A stretch of DNA of 64,000 nucleotides from a virus (IMGVR_UViG_3300037311_000024:52350-116349); one strand, 5' to 3'; positions 27,873 through 37,473 are shown, counted from the first letter of the stretch. Numbers and translations are program-made. Notes: generated by a model from the sequence alone, not told the origin.

Positions 27873-28416
27873 GGAAGCTGGTGTTCCTGAGGAGCGTGTC
27901 CATAAACTGAACACCTACGACTCAGTGGGACGCCAGAACTTTCCGACTAGTAAGATCAAAAAGGACGCTCAAGGCGGCAAGTGGACTGAACTGGTAAGGC
28001 GAACGCCTGTACTAGTCACGCTTGGTAAGGTAGCTGAAGTTGCGATCACTGAAACCGTCAAGACGCACTTCAAAGACAAGAACTTCCTACACTTCCACCT
28101 TCCTCACCCTAGCGGCTTGAACCGGACGTTGAACGATCCTCAGAACAGAGCTAAGTGCGTTGAGCTGCTAAAGGTTGCTTACCAGAAACTTCTTGACCTA
28201 GAAGGTCCAAAGAAGCTATCATGTGACATGACCGTATCAGACTTGAACAAGTTCTTAGCCTCTACAGACCCTTCGGTAGAAGTCTACCTAGAGGTAGACG
28301 GTGTTCAGGTAAGAGCGACTTCCGTAGAGGACTTATCGGTAGGTAAGATCGTCTTGAAAGGACAATCATGTTTAAAGACTTCGACAAGTTCATCTCAGAC
28401 AACCGAAACAACGTGA
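27766..28416 (+). CDS. uracil-DNA glycosylase superfamily-like protein (putative)
   Basis: N-terminal G.AL...GATLRTWL..AG and HPSGLNR resemble UDG family 4/5 motifs A/B; weak. Confidence 0.3.
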   Translation: MMTRMLILAQNPKTEMNLGKALAKTRSGATLRTWLKEAGVPEERVHKLNTYDSVGRQNFPTSKIKKDAQGGKWTELVRRTPVLVTLGKVAEVAITETVKTHFKDKNFLHFHLPHPSGLNRTLNDPQNRAKCVELLKVAYQKLLDLEGPKKLSCDMTVSDLNKFLASTDPSVEVYLEVDGVQVRATSVEDLSVGKIVLKGQSCLKTSTSSSQTTETT

Positions 28417-28679
28417 TGCGAGTCACGAAGCTCCGTGATCGCCCAAAACCCCAGATGGGTACTTCTGGTATTGCGTCCGGAGAACAGTTTCACGGACAAG
28501 CTCGACTGATCACCGCCGAAGACGCTGGAGCTGAAGGTAGCTGGTGCATTCTTGCGTTAGACGGAGGCTGGACCATGAGAACCTCTCCGATCAAGGACGT
28601 ATCGCAGAAGAGCGCTTCGAAGTGGCTCATCAAGACGGCTAACTCTATCTACAAGGTGGAGGTGGTTAGTGGGAAGTAA
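28368..28679 (+). CDS. hypothetical protein
   Basis: 103-aa ORF. Confidence 0.4.
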   Translation: MFKDFDKFISDNRNNVMRVTKLRDRPKPQMGTSGIASGEQFHGQARLITAEDAGAEGSWCILALDGGWTMRTSPIKDVSQKSASKWLIKTANSIYKVEVVSGK

Positions 28680-29322
28680 AATCTGGCTGACCTCAGACTT
28701 ACACTTTTGGCATGCAAACGTGATCCGCTACTGCAGTCGTCCGTTCTCCTCGGTCGAAGAGATGAACGAGATCATCATCAAGAACTGGAACGAGACCGTA
28801 AGCTCTGACGACACTGTACTCATCCTAGGAGATTTTGCTATGGCTGCGCGAGCAGTAGAACACATCGTACCTAGGTTGAACGGTAAGAAGATCTTGATCC
28901 TAGGAAACCACGACTTTCCTCACCCAGCTCATCAGAAGGGCAGAAAGCCTGAGCTGAGAGACAAGTGGACTAAGCTGTACCTGGACTGGGGATTCGCGGA
29001 GGTTAAGCTTCAAGACACTCTCGAAGTACCGGGAGTAGCTACGTTCAACCTTCACCACATCCCTTACGCCACCGGATACGGTGCTGCTGATGAGGAAGGA
29101 AGAGAGCGTAAGGTTCAGAAGTACGCTGCGCATGACGACGGTCGACCTCTGCTGTGCGGTCACGTACATGAGAAGTGGGGAGTTCGAAGAGCCTCCACAG
29201 GTAGCATCATGATCAACGTCGGAGTCGACTCTCCGGGAATGCCGTGGTCGGGTAAGTTTAGACCAGCAAGTCTTGACGAGATCGTTCAAGTATTTAAAGA
29301 GGCATCATGCTCGGACTCATAG
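28669..29322 (+). CDS. calcineurin-like metallophosphoesterase
   Basis: SDLHFWH, GDFAMA, GNHD, GHVHE motifs. Confidence 0.75.
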   Translation: MGSKIWLTSDLHFWHANVIRYCSRPFSSVEEMNEIIIKNWNETVSSDDTVLILGDFAMAARAVEHIVPRLNGKKILILGNHDFPHPAHQKGRKPELRDKWTKLYLDWGFAEVKLQDTLEVPGVATFNLHHIPYATGYGAADEEGRERKVQKYAAHDDGRPLLCGHVHEKWGVRRASTGSIMINVGVDSPGMPWSGKFRPASLDEIVQVFKEASCSDS

Positions 29323-29786
29323 CGTGGATGCTTGTTCTCCACTTCATCGCAGACTTCATCCTACAGCCCAGGACCATGGGCAAGAAGAAGTCTGAAAACA
29401 TATACTGGTTGATAGGACATCTTCTAATTCAGTTCTTCGTCATGGCTCTTGGTCTGGTCCACGTAGTAGGTCACACTAAAGGCGCAGACATCGCCTTGGC
29501 CAACGCCTTCGTTCACGGACTCATCGACTGGTACATCTGGAAGGGTTACAAGCTCGTAGCGCTGTGGAAGATCAAGAAGGAAGCAGCGAAGACCGTAGAT
29601 TATCGGCTCGCAAACGATACTCGTTTCAAGGACGAGGTTCGAGAGAACATGATCGCGGACGAGGTTAAGTTTCAAGCACCTCACTGGAAGTACTGGGAAG
29701 ATCACTGGTTCTTCGTAACTATCGGATTAGATCAACTGCTACACGCCTTGACTCTGATCGCCTTAGCTGCTATATTCAAACCTTAG
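29307..29786 (+). CDS. integral membrane protein (4 TM)
   Basis: Four hydrophobic helices. Confidence 0.45.
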   Translation: MLGLIAWMLVLHFIADFILQPRTMGKKKSENIYWLIGHLLIQFFVMALGLVHVVGHTKGADIALANAFVHGLIDWYIWKGYKLVALWKIKKEAAKTVDYRLANDTRFKDEVRENMIADEVKFQAPHWKYWEDHWFFVTIGLDQLLHALTLIALAAIFKP

Positions 29787-29793
29787 GAAGGAC

Positions 29794-30066
29794 GTGTACA
29801 TGGGAGACGTAGTAAATTTAGGCCGAGGAAAGATGACCGCCGCTAACTTGTGCCATGAGATCCCATGGAACGAGCTTAAGTACGTCTACGTTATCGGAGA
29901 GAAGAAGGACGGAAAGATCATGATCGGAGCGACAGCGATGGACGCAAAGACCGCCGCCTTCTTTCGCATGATCTCAGAAGACGCGCTTACCGACCTTGCT
30001 CACATGTTCGGTCTAACTCCCTCACCAGAACTCACTCCCCCACCCCCACCGACAGAGGACCAGTGA
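29794..30066 (+). CDS. hypothetical protein
   Basis: 90-aa ORF, Pro-rich C-terminus. Confidence 0.4.
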   Translation: MYMGDVVNLGRGKMTAANLCHEIPWNELKYVYVIGEKKDGKIMIGATAMDAKTAAFFRMISEDALTDLAHMFGLTPSPELTPPPPPTEDQ

Positions 30067-30281
30067 TGTATCTGTCTGACGACTCAAACGTAAGAACGCT
30101 ACTGCAAGAAGCAGGATTAGCTCTCGACGAGCTAGAAGTCGTCGTAGGCAGATTTCCCCTAGATCATCACAACTGGCCAGGAAAACTTAAAGGGGAAGTC
30201 GTCTACAAGATGTCCGGAGAGATCATCATCAGACATCACTTCACTAAGAAGGTTTTATGGCGCGGCGAAAGCGTAGGGTAA
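30063..30281 (+). CDS. hypothetical protein
   Basis: 72 aa; ATGA overlap. Confidence 0.4.
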   Translation: MMYLSDDSNVRTLLQEAGLALDELEVVVGRFPLDHHNWPGKLKGEVVYKMSGEIIIRHHFTKKVLWRGESVG

Positions 30282-30685
30282 ACTACAGCGACTTCCCGCA
30301 TCATAGGACCATCTGCAAGCTGCGAAAGATAGTAGAAGCTTACGGCATGAGGCTCCGCACCAGGAGGTTCATAACCTTCAGCGGAGAGTACTGTCATAAA
30401 TCGAAGACAGCCTGGGTTAACCTTGATAACCCCGCAAACGTAGTGATCTCTACTGTATTTCACGAGCTAGGACATCATCTGGACCTAGAAGCAGGTCTGT
30501 TTAGGAAGTACTACGACGGCAGATCGTCTAACAGGACCATGCGCAGACTAGCCCTGAGAGCGGAGCGTCACGCAGACCTCGTAGGTAGGCGTCTGTGCAA
30601 GAAGTACTTTCCTAAGGTAAAATTTCATGAGGCTTACGTCGACCAGGAAGATATCGATTGGCTTCTGAACGAGTTTTTCCGATAA
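30257..30685 (+). CDS. SprT/WLM-like zinc metallopeptidase (putative)
   Basis: ...AWVNLDNPANVVISTVFHELGHHLD: HExxH with SprT-like upstream context. Confidence 0.4.
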   Translation: MARRKRRVNYSDFPHHRTICKLRKIVEAYGMRLRTRRFITFSGEYCHKSKTAWVNLDNPANVVISTVFHELGHHLDLEAGLFRKYYDGRSSNRTMRRLALRAERHADLVGRRLCKKYFPKVKFHEAYVDQEDIDWLLNEFFR

Positions 30686-30693
30686 AAAAATTG

Positions 30694-30722
30694 TTGACCT
30701 AGGCGGTCAAAAGTGTCATCCT
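30694..30722 (+). promoter_or_regulatory. sigma70-like promoter (TTGACC-17-CATCCT)
   Basis: Same architecture as the 12103 and 26208 promoters; 18 nt upstream of GAGGAAG RBS of exonuclease gene. Confidence 0.4.
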
Positions 30723-30740
30723 CTTTCAAGAGGAAGATAC

Positions 30741-31313
30741 ATGAAGCCAACCTACATCGCGCTAGACACAGAAACAGGCGGAATCGGGCCTGAAGTTTCG
30801 CTCCTGACAGCCTACTTCGCTGTTCTCGACGAAGAGTTTGACATCTTGGACGAACTGTCTTTGGCCATCAAGCCGGACAACGACATCTATCAGGTGACCG
30901 CCGAAGCTCTGAGCATCAACAAGATTGATCTCGTGAAGCATCACGCTCAGTCAATCAGCCGTTCTGAGGCAGGTTCAAAGCTCAGAGAGTTTCTCATCCG
31001 ACTAAGCTCCAACGGAGCTACGAAGCTCGTGCCAGTAGGACACAACGTAGCTTTTGATCTGGAGAAGGTGTATCAGCAGGTCCTGAACAAGAAGGAAGCT
31101 CAGAAGTACGTATCGTACCGACTTCTTGACACCGGCTCTACCGGTCAATTCTTAAAGACAGCAGGTTTGATCCCGAACACCGTCTCGGGGTCTCTTGGTA
31201 GCTACGTAGAGCACTTCGGTGTTCAGAAGCGCGAAGCACACGACGCCAGAAACGACGTGTTGATGACGGTTGACGTACTAAGAGCACAGATGGCGCTCGT
31301 GAAAGGAAGATGA
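30741..31313 (+). CDS. DEDDh 3'-5' exonuclease (DnaQ-like)
   Basis: Exo I ALDTETGG, Exo II VGHNVAFDL, Exo III HDARNDV. Confidence 0.75.
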   Translation: MKPTYIALDTETGGIGPEVSLLTAYFAVLDEEFDILDELSLAIKPDNDIYQVTAEALSINKIDLVKHHAQSISRSEAGSKLREFLIRLSSNGATKLVPVGHNVAFDLEKVYQQVLNKKEAQKYVSYRLLDTGSTGQFLKTAGLIPNTVSGSLGSYVEHFGVQKREAHDARNDVLMTVDVLRAQMALVKGR

Positions 31314-31657
31314 GTATGAGTGAGCAAGACAACACCGAGAACAAAGACGTTATGTGGAAGTTAGGTGAACAAACCCTAAAAGAGCTAAACGAAGTTTTAG
31401 TTCGATTCGCACAGACGGCTGAGAAGGAAGGACTTCGCCCAGGAGACGCTCTCCCGTTCTACGTGAAGATCCTCGGAGGCGAAGCAGCTCGGGTAGCCGT
31501 AAACGGCGGACCTCTGGAGACTGCCGGTATGCGCCTGAACGCCATGAGTGAAATCGTTAACTTTGGTTTTGAAGCAGGAGCAAAGGCTGCGATCATGACA
31601 GCTATCCAAGAGAAGGCTTTTGAGTCTGTTTCAGAAGACAAGTCGTCCGCCCACTAA
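31310..31657 (+). CDS. hypothetical protein
   Basis: 115 aa; ATGA overlap. Confidence 0.4.
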   Translation: MSMSEQDNTENKDVMWKLGEQTLKELNEVLVRFAQTAEKEGLRPGDALPFYVKILGGEAARVAVNGGPLETAGMRLNAMSEIVNFGFEAGAKAAIMTAIQEKAFESVSEDKSSAH

Positions 31658-31686
31658 ACAAGAACTTCATAAGGAGGAGTTTTTCG

Positions 31687-33072
31687 ATGGAATTTGCAAT
31701 CTTTGGAGCCCTGGCCGGTGTACTGGCTTTGGCCGTGTTTATCGCCCTGACACTTCGTCGTGTCGTACCTACGAACGAGGTTCACATCGTTCAGTCTGCC
31801 AGTAAGACGATCTCTTACGGCAAAGACACCGGAAACGGAAACACCTACTACGAGTGGCCCTCGAGCATCCCTTTTCTCGGGATCACGAAGGTCACGCTTC
31901 CTACCAGCGTGTTTGATCTTGACCTCGACGGCTACGAAGCTTACGACAAGGGTCGTCTTCCTTTCGTGGTGGACGTTAAGGCCTTCTTTCGGATCAGCGA
32001 CTCGAACGTAGCTGCTCAGCGAGTGGCTAACTTCTCCGAGCTTAAGGAGCAGCTCACCGCGATCGTTCAAGGTGCCGTTCGAACTATCTTGGCTTCTAGC
32101 GACATCGAAGACATCATGCAAGGTCGTTCAACCTTCGGAGAGCAGTTTACCAACGAGGTTCGTGAACAGCTTGCAAGCTGGGGTGTCAGCACGGTGAAGA
32201 ACATCGAGCTTATGGACATCCGCGACTCTAAGGACTCCTTCGTCATCAAGAACATCATGGACAAAAAGAAGTCGCTCATCGAGATGGAGTCTCGCACCGA
32301 GGTGGCAAAGAACAAACGTGCAGCAGAGATCGCCGAGATCGAAGCTCGCCGAGAGGTCGATCTTCAGAAGCAGCAAGCTACTCAGGCCGTAGGACTTCGA
32401 ACCATCGAAGCTGAGCGCGAGGTTGCCATCCAGAAGCAGAACGCTCTTCAGCTCGTTAAGGAGCAGGAGAAGACCACCAAAGCTAAGGAGATGGAAGTTA
32501 TCCAGGTCGAGCAGACCCGTCAAGCTGAGATCGCAGCTAAGGTTCAGCTGACCAAGGCGGCTCAAGATCGCGATACCCAGGTCATCACCGCTGAAGGTAA
32601 GCTAGAAGCGGCTCGCCGTGAAGCGGAAGCAGCGCTTGAGTTTAAGCGTCGCGAAGCTGAAGGTATCTCGCTCGAAGGTAAGGCTAAGGCCGACGCGGAG
32701 AAGGCGCTTCAGCTTGCTCCGGTCGAAGCACAGATCACGCTCGCCAAGGAGATCGGATCGAACGAGTCCTACCAGAAGTACCTGGTCACGATTCGTCAGG
32801 TCGAAGCTACCCAGGCGATCGGAACGGCTCAGGCCGAGGCGCTCAAGCAAGCCGAAGTCAAGGTCATCGCGAACACCGGAAGCTCTCCGAGCAGCGGACT
32901 CAGCAACGTCATGGACCTGTTCTCGTCGAAGGGCGGAACGGAGCTTGGAGCGATGCTTGAAGGACTTGCTCAGACTCCGAAGGGCCAAGAGCTTATCGGA
33001 AAAGTACTCGGAACGCCAGAGAAGCCTAAGTCGAACGGTTCTGCCGCTCTGACTAACGGAAAAGGTCACTAA
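31687..33072 (+). CDS. SPFH/band-7 flotillin-like membrane protein
   Basis: N-terminal TM, band-7 core, long EA-rich repeats (AEIAEIEARREVDLQKQ...) as in YqiK/flotillin. Confidence 0.65.
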   Translation: MEFAIFGALAGVLALAVFIALTLRRVVPTNEVHIVQSASKTISYGKDTGNGNTYYEWPSSIPFLGITKVTLPTSVFDLDLDGYEAYDKGRLPFVVDVKAFFRISDSNVAAQRVANFSELKEQLTAIVQGAVRTILASSDIEDIMQGRSTFGEQFTNEVREQLASWGVSTVKNIELMDIRDSKDSFVIKNIMDKKKSLIEMESRTEVAKNKRAAEIAEIEARREVDLQKQQATQAVGLRTIEAEREVAIQKQNALQLVKEQEKTTKAKEMEVIQVEQTRQAEIAAKVQLTKAAQDRDTQVITAEGKLEAARREAEAALEFKRREAEGISLEGKAKADAEKALQLAPVEAQITLAKEIGSNESYQKYLVTIRQVEATQAIGTAQAEALKQAEVKVIANTGSSPSSGLSNVMDLFSSKGGTELGAMLEGLAQTPKGQELIGKVLGTPEKPKSNGSAALTNGKGH

Positions 33073-33120
33073 GATCACGGGGGGGGGCTACGGCCTCCCC
33101 TCAACTTCTAAGGAGCTTTC

Positions 33121-33501
33121 ATGGAGATCCTGTTCGGTCCACCTATCAAGTTTGACGACTACGGTAACCTTCAGTGGGTTAAGCACAAGATCTACGTGAA
33201 GGTCGGTAAGAACAAGAAGACTGAGTTCTGCTACGCGGTAGCTCCAAAACTTCAAAGTGCGTACTTCGCTACCGCAGACGCGCCTCCGACCGAGCAGGTG
33301 TTCAACAAGCTCTCGTACTACCTGCACGAGGGACCAAACGCAGAGGGAGTAGCTACCTTCGTGATCTCTCCTGAGAGCCTGAGCCTGATCTCGAAGCTGT
33401 CTCACAGGGACGACAAGCCGGAAGCAAAGACCGAGCCAGAGGTTAGCGCTGCCGAAGCACCGGAAGACGAACTTTCCCGGTACTCTAAGCTCAAGATTTA
33501 G
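33121..33501 (+). CDS. hypothetical protein
   Basis: 126-aa ORF with GGAG RBS. Confidence 0.45.
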   Translation: MEILFGPPIKFDDYGNLQWVKHKIYVKVGKNKKTEFCYAVAPKLQSAYFATADAPPTEQVFNKLSYYLHEGPNAEGVATFVISPESLSLISKLSHRDDKPEAKTEPEVSAAEAPEDELSRYSKLKI

Positions 33502-33537
33502 CTTGACCCTTCCCGTCAAGTAAGGTAAGGTTACAAC

Positions 33538-33768
33538 ATGGACCTGAACAAGGCAAAGAGGATAGAACAACTACGCGTCGGCGTAGTGATGCACTCCTGG
33601 CGTAGGATCTCTGAGATCATCTGCGAAGAGTTCGCGGACGAGAATCAGGAGCTTAAAGGTAACCAGCTTCACGGAGTTGACCTCTGCAAGGACGCGATGG
33701 TCGTACTGTGCGGAGTGAGCACCATACAAGAAGTGCCCTCGTTCGTCAGGGACAGGTGGGATACATGA
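33538..33768 (+). CDS. hypothetical protein
   Basis: 76 aa; ATGA overlap. Confidence 0.4.
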   Translation: MDLNKAKRIEQLRVGVVMHSWRRISEIICEEFADENQELKGNQLHGVDLCKDAMVVLCGVSTIQEVPSFVRDRWDT

Positions 33769-34100
33769 GTCGAAAAGTATTCACGATGACGAAGATGCAG
33801 GACGAGACGGTTAACTTCCCTATGGGCGGTTCTGGAGGTACCCCAGGTACAGACTTCGTTCGAAAGTCTGACCTTGTCGATGGCGAGTACTACTTCGGGT
33901 CTTGTCGGAACTCCAACTGCGCTAGGTGGGACGCCGACAAGCAAGAGTTCACCTACATGCGCACGAAGTTTGGTACCCGATTCCCCGAGACCATCAAGCA
34001 TCCGGAAGACGATGACGGCTTTGACCTTTTCGTCCCTTACTTCCGCTGCTATCCGACCGAGGCTGACCTAGTGCCGCCAGATGAGAAGGACGTAGACTGA
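33765..34100 (+). CDS. hypothetical Cys-containing protein
   Basis: ATG 33765 (MSRKVFTM...) overlapping upstream stop. Confidence 0.4.
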   Translation: MSRKVFTMTKMQDETVNFPMGGSGGTPGTDFVRKSDLVDGEYYFGSCRNSNCARWDADKQEFTYMRTKFGTRFPETIKHPEDDDGFDLFVPYFRCYPTEADLVPPDEKDVD

Positions 34101-34291
34101 TGTGCGTACTGTGCGCTGAGATCCAGAAAGACCGCCTTACCGTTCGTGAGATCGCACGGAATTACCGGGAGATCACCGACGTAGAGTCTGACCACTGGGT
34201 CGAGATCCTAGTAGAGCTTGAGAAGAAGGGCCTGACGGAAAAGGTCGCTGAGGAGCTTAGCGAGCTTTACAAGAAGGACGGTTGGAGATGA
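34100..34291 (+). CDS. hypothetical protein
   Basis: 63-aa ORF. Confidence 0.35.
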   Translation: MCVLCAEIQKDRLTVREIARNYREITDVESDHWVEILVELEKKGLTEKVAEELSELYKKDGWR

Positions 34292-34851
34292 CGCGCTTAA
34301 CGCACGAGAATCTAGACGCAGTGCTTGACCAGAACCCTGAGTGGGTGCTGTGGACTGTCACCGAGGAGGACGCTAGGTGGATCGAGGACATGGCCTCCCG
34401 CAGGAACCGAGAGTCTAACGGTAGGGGTTGGGTCTCAAGGACCACGGACCTCTCAAACGAGTGGCACCGCTCAGGACTAGCTGGAGAGCTTGCGGTCAGC
34501 GAGTACCTCGACATCCCGATCAAGACCGTCCTAGGATACTCCAAGGAAGAGGTCAACGAGGGAGACGTAGGAGAGATCGTTGAGGTGAAGTCTTCCCGCA
34601 GCGATACCTCGAACCGGTGGGGCCTGGTAGTGAACGACGATCACCTGAACGAGGACCGCATCTACGTGCAGACCTTGACCTGCCTATTTCCGGACTTCGT
34701 GATCATCACGGGCTGGGCCTACGGATGGGAGATCGACGAGCTTGGAACTCACGCGAAGCACTCCGGCACCGGTCACGGTATCCGGATTCTTGACCAAAAA
34801 TTTTTACGACCACTCACCACCCTCAACCGCGCTATCGAGAGGTACTTATGA
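34282..34851 (+). CDS. hypothetical protein; possible PD-(D/E)xK nuclease fold
   Basis: D...EIVEVK arrangement reminiscent of D..ExK motif; weak. Confidence 0.3.
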   Translation: MEMTRLTHENLDAVLDQNPEWVLWTVTEEDARWIEDMASRRNRESNGRGWVSRTTDLSNEWHRSGLAGELAVSEYLDIPIKTVLGYSKEEVNEGDVGEIVEVKSSRSDTSNRWGLVVNDDHLNEDRIYVQTLTCLFPDFVIITGWAYGWEIDELGTHAKHSGTGHGIRILDQKFLRPLTTLNRAIERYL

Positions 34852-35189
34852 AGCTAGTTTGCACCGGAGGTCGCGATTATGAAGATCACAATATGGTAGC
34901 TGACCTACTAACTACCCTTAAACCTGAAGAAGTCTACGTCGGCGATTGTTCAACAGGCTTGGATAAGTTGGTGGTAGAAGTCTGCCAAGACTACTCGATA
35001 CCGTGTCGAGTATTTGAAGCGCGTTGGGACGAACATGGACGAGCAGCGGGTCCTATCAGAAATCAAGAGATGATAGCCGCAGCCGACTCAGAAGCCTTAG
35101 TGTTAGCCTTTCCCGGAGGAAGAGGGACAGAAGACACAGTTACCCGAGCGAAGGCTAGAAACATGATGATCTTGCGGGTGGAGGGTTAG
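34848..35189 (+). CDS. SLOG-superfamily (DUF2493-like) nucleotide-binding protein
   Basis: MKLVCTGGRDYED...GD...G.D...AGPIRNQEMI...ALVLAFPGGRGT pattern of DUF2493/LOG-like Rossmann. Confidence 0.5.
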   Translation: MKLVCTGGRDYEDHNMVADLLTTLKPEEVYVGDCSTGLDKLVVEVCQDYSIPCRVFEARWDEHGRAAGPIRNQEMIAAADSEALVLAFPGGRGTEDTVTRAKARNMMILRVEG

Positions 35190-35191
35190 AC

Positions 35192-35407
35192 GTGAACAAG
35201 ATCGAAGAGCTGGAGAAGAAGATCAACGCTCTCGAGGACCGGATCTACTCGCTTGAGAGCCTACTGAACGTGTACCACGAGCGGACCATCGACGTCGACG
35301 CTAACCGCGAGTACTGGGGGGAAGAACCTCCGATGAAGACGGTCTACCGCTGCAAGCTGGGCTGCGTCCACGACACCATCAAAGAAGCATCGGAGCACGT
35401 AAGATGA
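35192..35407 (+). CDS. hypothetical coiled-coil protein
   Basis: GTG start; 71 aa. Confidence 0.35.
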   Translation: MNKIEELEKKINALEDRIYSLESLLNVYHERTIDVDANREYWGEEPPMKTVYRCKLGCVHDTIKEASEHVR

Positions 35408-36408
35408 AACCCTTCTTCAAGCTACTGTTCGGATCACACCTCTACGGCACGAGCACTCCTGAGTCTGATAAGGACTGGAAGCAGCTCTACGTCCCAAGCG
35501 CGAGGGAGATCGTGCTCGGAAGGTTTTCCAAGACCGTCCAGTCGGGAAGGAAGAAAGCTTCCTGCGAGCGGAACACCAAGGACGACGTAGACGTTGAGAC
35601 CTTCAGCCTGTGTAGATTCCTGGAACTCCTGATGGAAGGCCAGACCGTAGCGCTCGACATCCTGTTCGGCTACCGGGTTACCGGACAGGTCAACGGAGCT
35701 GAAGGCTTCGAGATCATGGACGAGGTGTACGACAATCGTAGTCGACTGCTGACCCGAAACGTGAACGCCTTCGTAGGCTACGCCAGACAGCAAGCGGCTA
35801 AGTACGGCATCAAAGGCTCAAGACTCGACGCCCTAAAGCGCACGATGGAGATCCTGGACCAGCTGCCGGAACGAGATAAGCTCTTCGACCACGTAGTCCC
35901 GATGACCGCACTGGTCGTAGCTACCAAGGAGCTGGTGTCGCTCGAGAAGAGCCCGCTGGTAGAGATCGTCATGCTCAAGGGTCCGGACAAGGTTACCCCG
36001 ATGCCTCACCTTCAGGTGTGCGGTCGCAAGGTACCCTTCGGCTCGACCGTCAAGTTCGCAAAGCAGGTCTTCGGCAAGATCCTTGAAGGTTACGGTCAAC
36101 GAGCTAAGAAGGCCCACCTTGAGGGGGGGATAGACTGGAAGGCGCTCTCCCACGCGGTCAGGGTGAACGAGGAGGCGCTCGAGCTTCTGACCACCCACCA
36201 CATCACCTTTCCTAGACCCGAGGCCGAGCTTCTCAAGCAGATCAAGCTTGGTCAGCTTCCCTACGAGCAGGTTGCCACCATGATCGAGGAGGGACTTTTA
36301 CGCTTGACTCAGGCCCACGAAAAGTCTACCCTCAGAGAAGAACCCGATCAGGAGTGGGCTGACGACCTGATCTTCAAAGTCTACTCAAGAAAGGTAACCC
36401 AGACATGA
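35404..36408 (+). CDS. Pol-beta superfamily nucleotidyltransferase (PF10127-like)
   Basis: LLFGSHLYGTSTPESDKDWKQLYVPS = hG[GS]x10DxD; third acidic cluster DDVDVE ~45 aa later. Confidence 0.5.
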   Translation: MKPFFKLLFGSHLYGTSTPESDKDWKQLYVPSAREIVLGRFSKTVQSGRKKASCERNTKDDVDVETFSLCRFLELLMEGQTVALDILFGYRVTGQVNGAEGFEIMDEVYDNRSRLLTRNVNAFVGYARQQAAKYGIKGSRLDALKRTMEILDQLPERDKLFDHVVPMTALVVATKELVSLEKSPLVEIVMLKGPDKVTPMPHLQVCGRKVPFGSTVKFAKQVFGKILEGYGQRAKKAHLEGGIDWKALSHAVRVNEEALELLTTHHITFPRPEAELLKQIKLGQLPYEQVATMIEEGLLRLTQAHEKSTLREEPDQEWADDLIFKVYSRKVTQT

Positions 36409-36767
36409 AGCACGAAGAACTTACCAGAGCCTTTGAACTGATGTTTAAGGCCATCGGCCTGAGCGGAATGCAGCTTGAGGTTCGAGTTGACGCCTCCCGC
36501 TACGACCGAGTATCCGTAGGCCTGTTCACAAGCGTGCAGGTGAGCCCTTTAGACGCCCGTCCGTCTTTTGCGAAGTTTGAGGAAGAGCTACACAACAACG
36601 TATTGAACTCCCAGCTCGTAACTGGCGAGATCCAAGAATGGAAGGATAGGCTACAAGTCTCCCAGTCAAAGCGGGACGAGCTTGAGCGGGAGAATCAAGA
36701 ACTCGAGAAGTACAAGACCCACTACGACCTCCAGTTCAACCTCCAGCACGGGAAGAAACCGACATGA
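36405..36767 (+). CDS. hypothetical protein
   Basis: 120 aa; coiled-coil C-terminus. Confidence 0.4.
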   Translation: MKHEELTRAFELMFKAIGLSGMQLEVRVDASRYDRVSVGLFTSVQVSPLDARPSFAKFEEELHNNVLNSQLVTGEIQEWKDRLQVSQSKRDELERENQELEKYKTHYDLQFNLQHGKKPT

Positions 36768-37039
36768 CGGAGACCAAGATCAACTGGAAGAAGGTCAAGA
36801 GGGACGCGGACGAGTTTCAGCACATGCAGAAGGCCCACGTCGAGATCTTCGGACCCTGGCTCAAGGAGCGGGGGTGGGCTCAGTGGTACAACGAGCACGC
36901 CTGGTACAAAGAGCCCCTTAACGACACCTACTCCTGCGTCCCCGCCGACGTCGCGGTCATGCTCGAGCTTGGGCTCAAGAAGGTCCGGGGCTCTTTCTTA
37001 AACCAACCGGTCTTCGACAACAGAAGGGATGAAGCTTGA
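36764..37039 (+). CDS. hypothetical protein
   Basis: 91 aa; Trp-rich. Confidence 0.4.
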   Translation: MTETKINWKKVKRDADEFQHMQKAHVEIFGPWLKERGWAQWYNEHAWYKEPLNDTYSCVPADVAVMLELGLKKVRGSFLNQPVFDNRRDEA

Positions 37040-37473
37040 GCAAGCTCATCAGACTCCTCCGACGAGCCCACGCCATAGAGGTGGGAGCTTACCACGCCTA
37101 CGAGGGACACTGGCGCTCCGTCAAACCTGTGAGCGATCCGGTCAGGGGTAAGATCAAGGACATCCAGATAGACGAGCTTATCCATCGGGAGAATCTGTTT
37201 CGGATGCTCTCAGAACTCAACTCCAAGCCCAGTCGCGCCCAGGACCTAATCCTGCTCCTCGTCGGAAAACTGGTATCTGCATCCTGTCGGATACTCCCAC
37301 GGCGCTTGGCTGCCTACGGAGCTTACGTCATGGAGATCCTAGGAGACGTATGCTACGCCCAGCTCGCTCAGGTTGCGAGGGACGAGGGATATCCTGCCAT
37401 GGCGGTCGAGCTTGACTACATGCAGCGGACCGAACAAGAACACAAGAGCTTCATGAAAGCTTTATCAAAATAG
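37036..37473 (+). CDS. ferritin-like di-iron protein (putative)
   Basis: Two ExxH motifs (EVGAYHAYEGH; DELIHRE) ~45 aa apart. Confidence 0.35.
   Translation: MSKLIRLLRRAHAIEVGAYHAYEGHWRSVKPVSDPVRGKIKDIQIDELIHRENLFRMLSELNSKPSRAQDLILLLVGKLVSASCRILPRRLAAYGAYVMEILGDVCYAQLAQVARDEGYPAMAVELDYMQRTEQEHKSFMKALSK

Noticed and set aside
32128-33078. ORFs in all frames across the flotillin EA-repeat (32128..32565, 32602..33078, 32618..33052)
   Set aside because: Artefacts of the GAR/GCT-rich repeat encoding the EA coiled-coil; R/S/L-rich nonsense translations
33079-33087. G9 tract as part of an intrinsic terminator after the flotillin gene
   Set aside because: The downstream complement CCCCTC pairs poorly and no T-run follows; more likely just a homopolymeric spacer, noted under the flotillin finding
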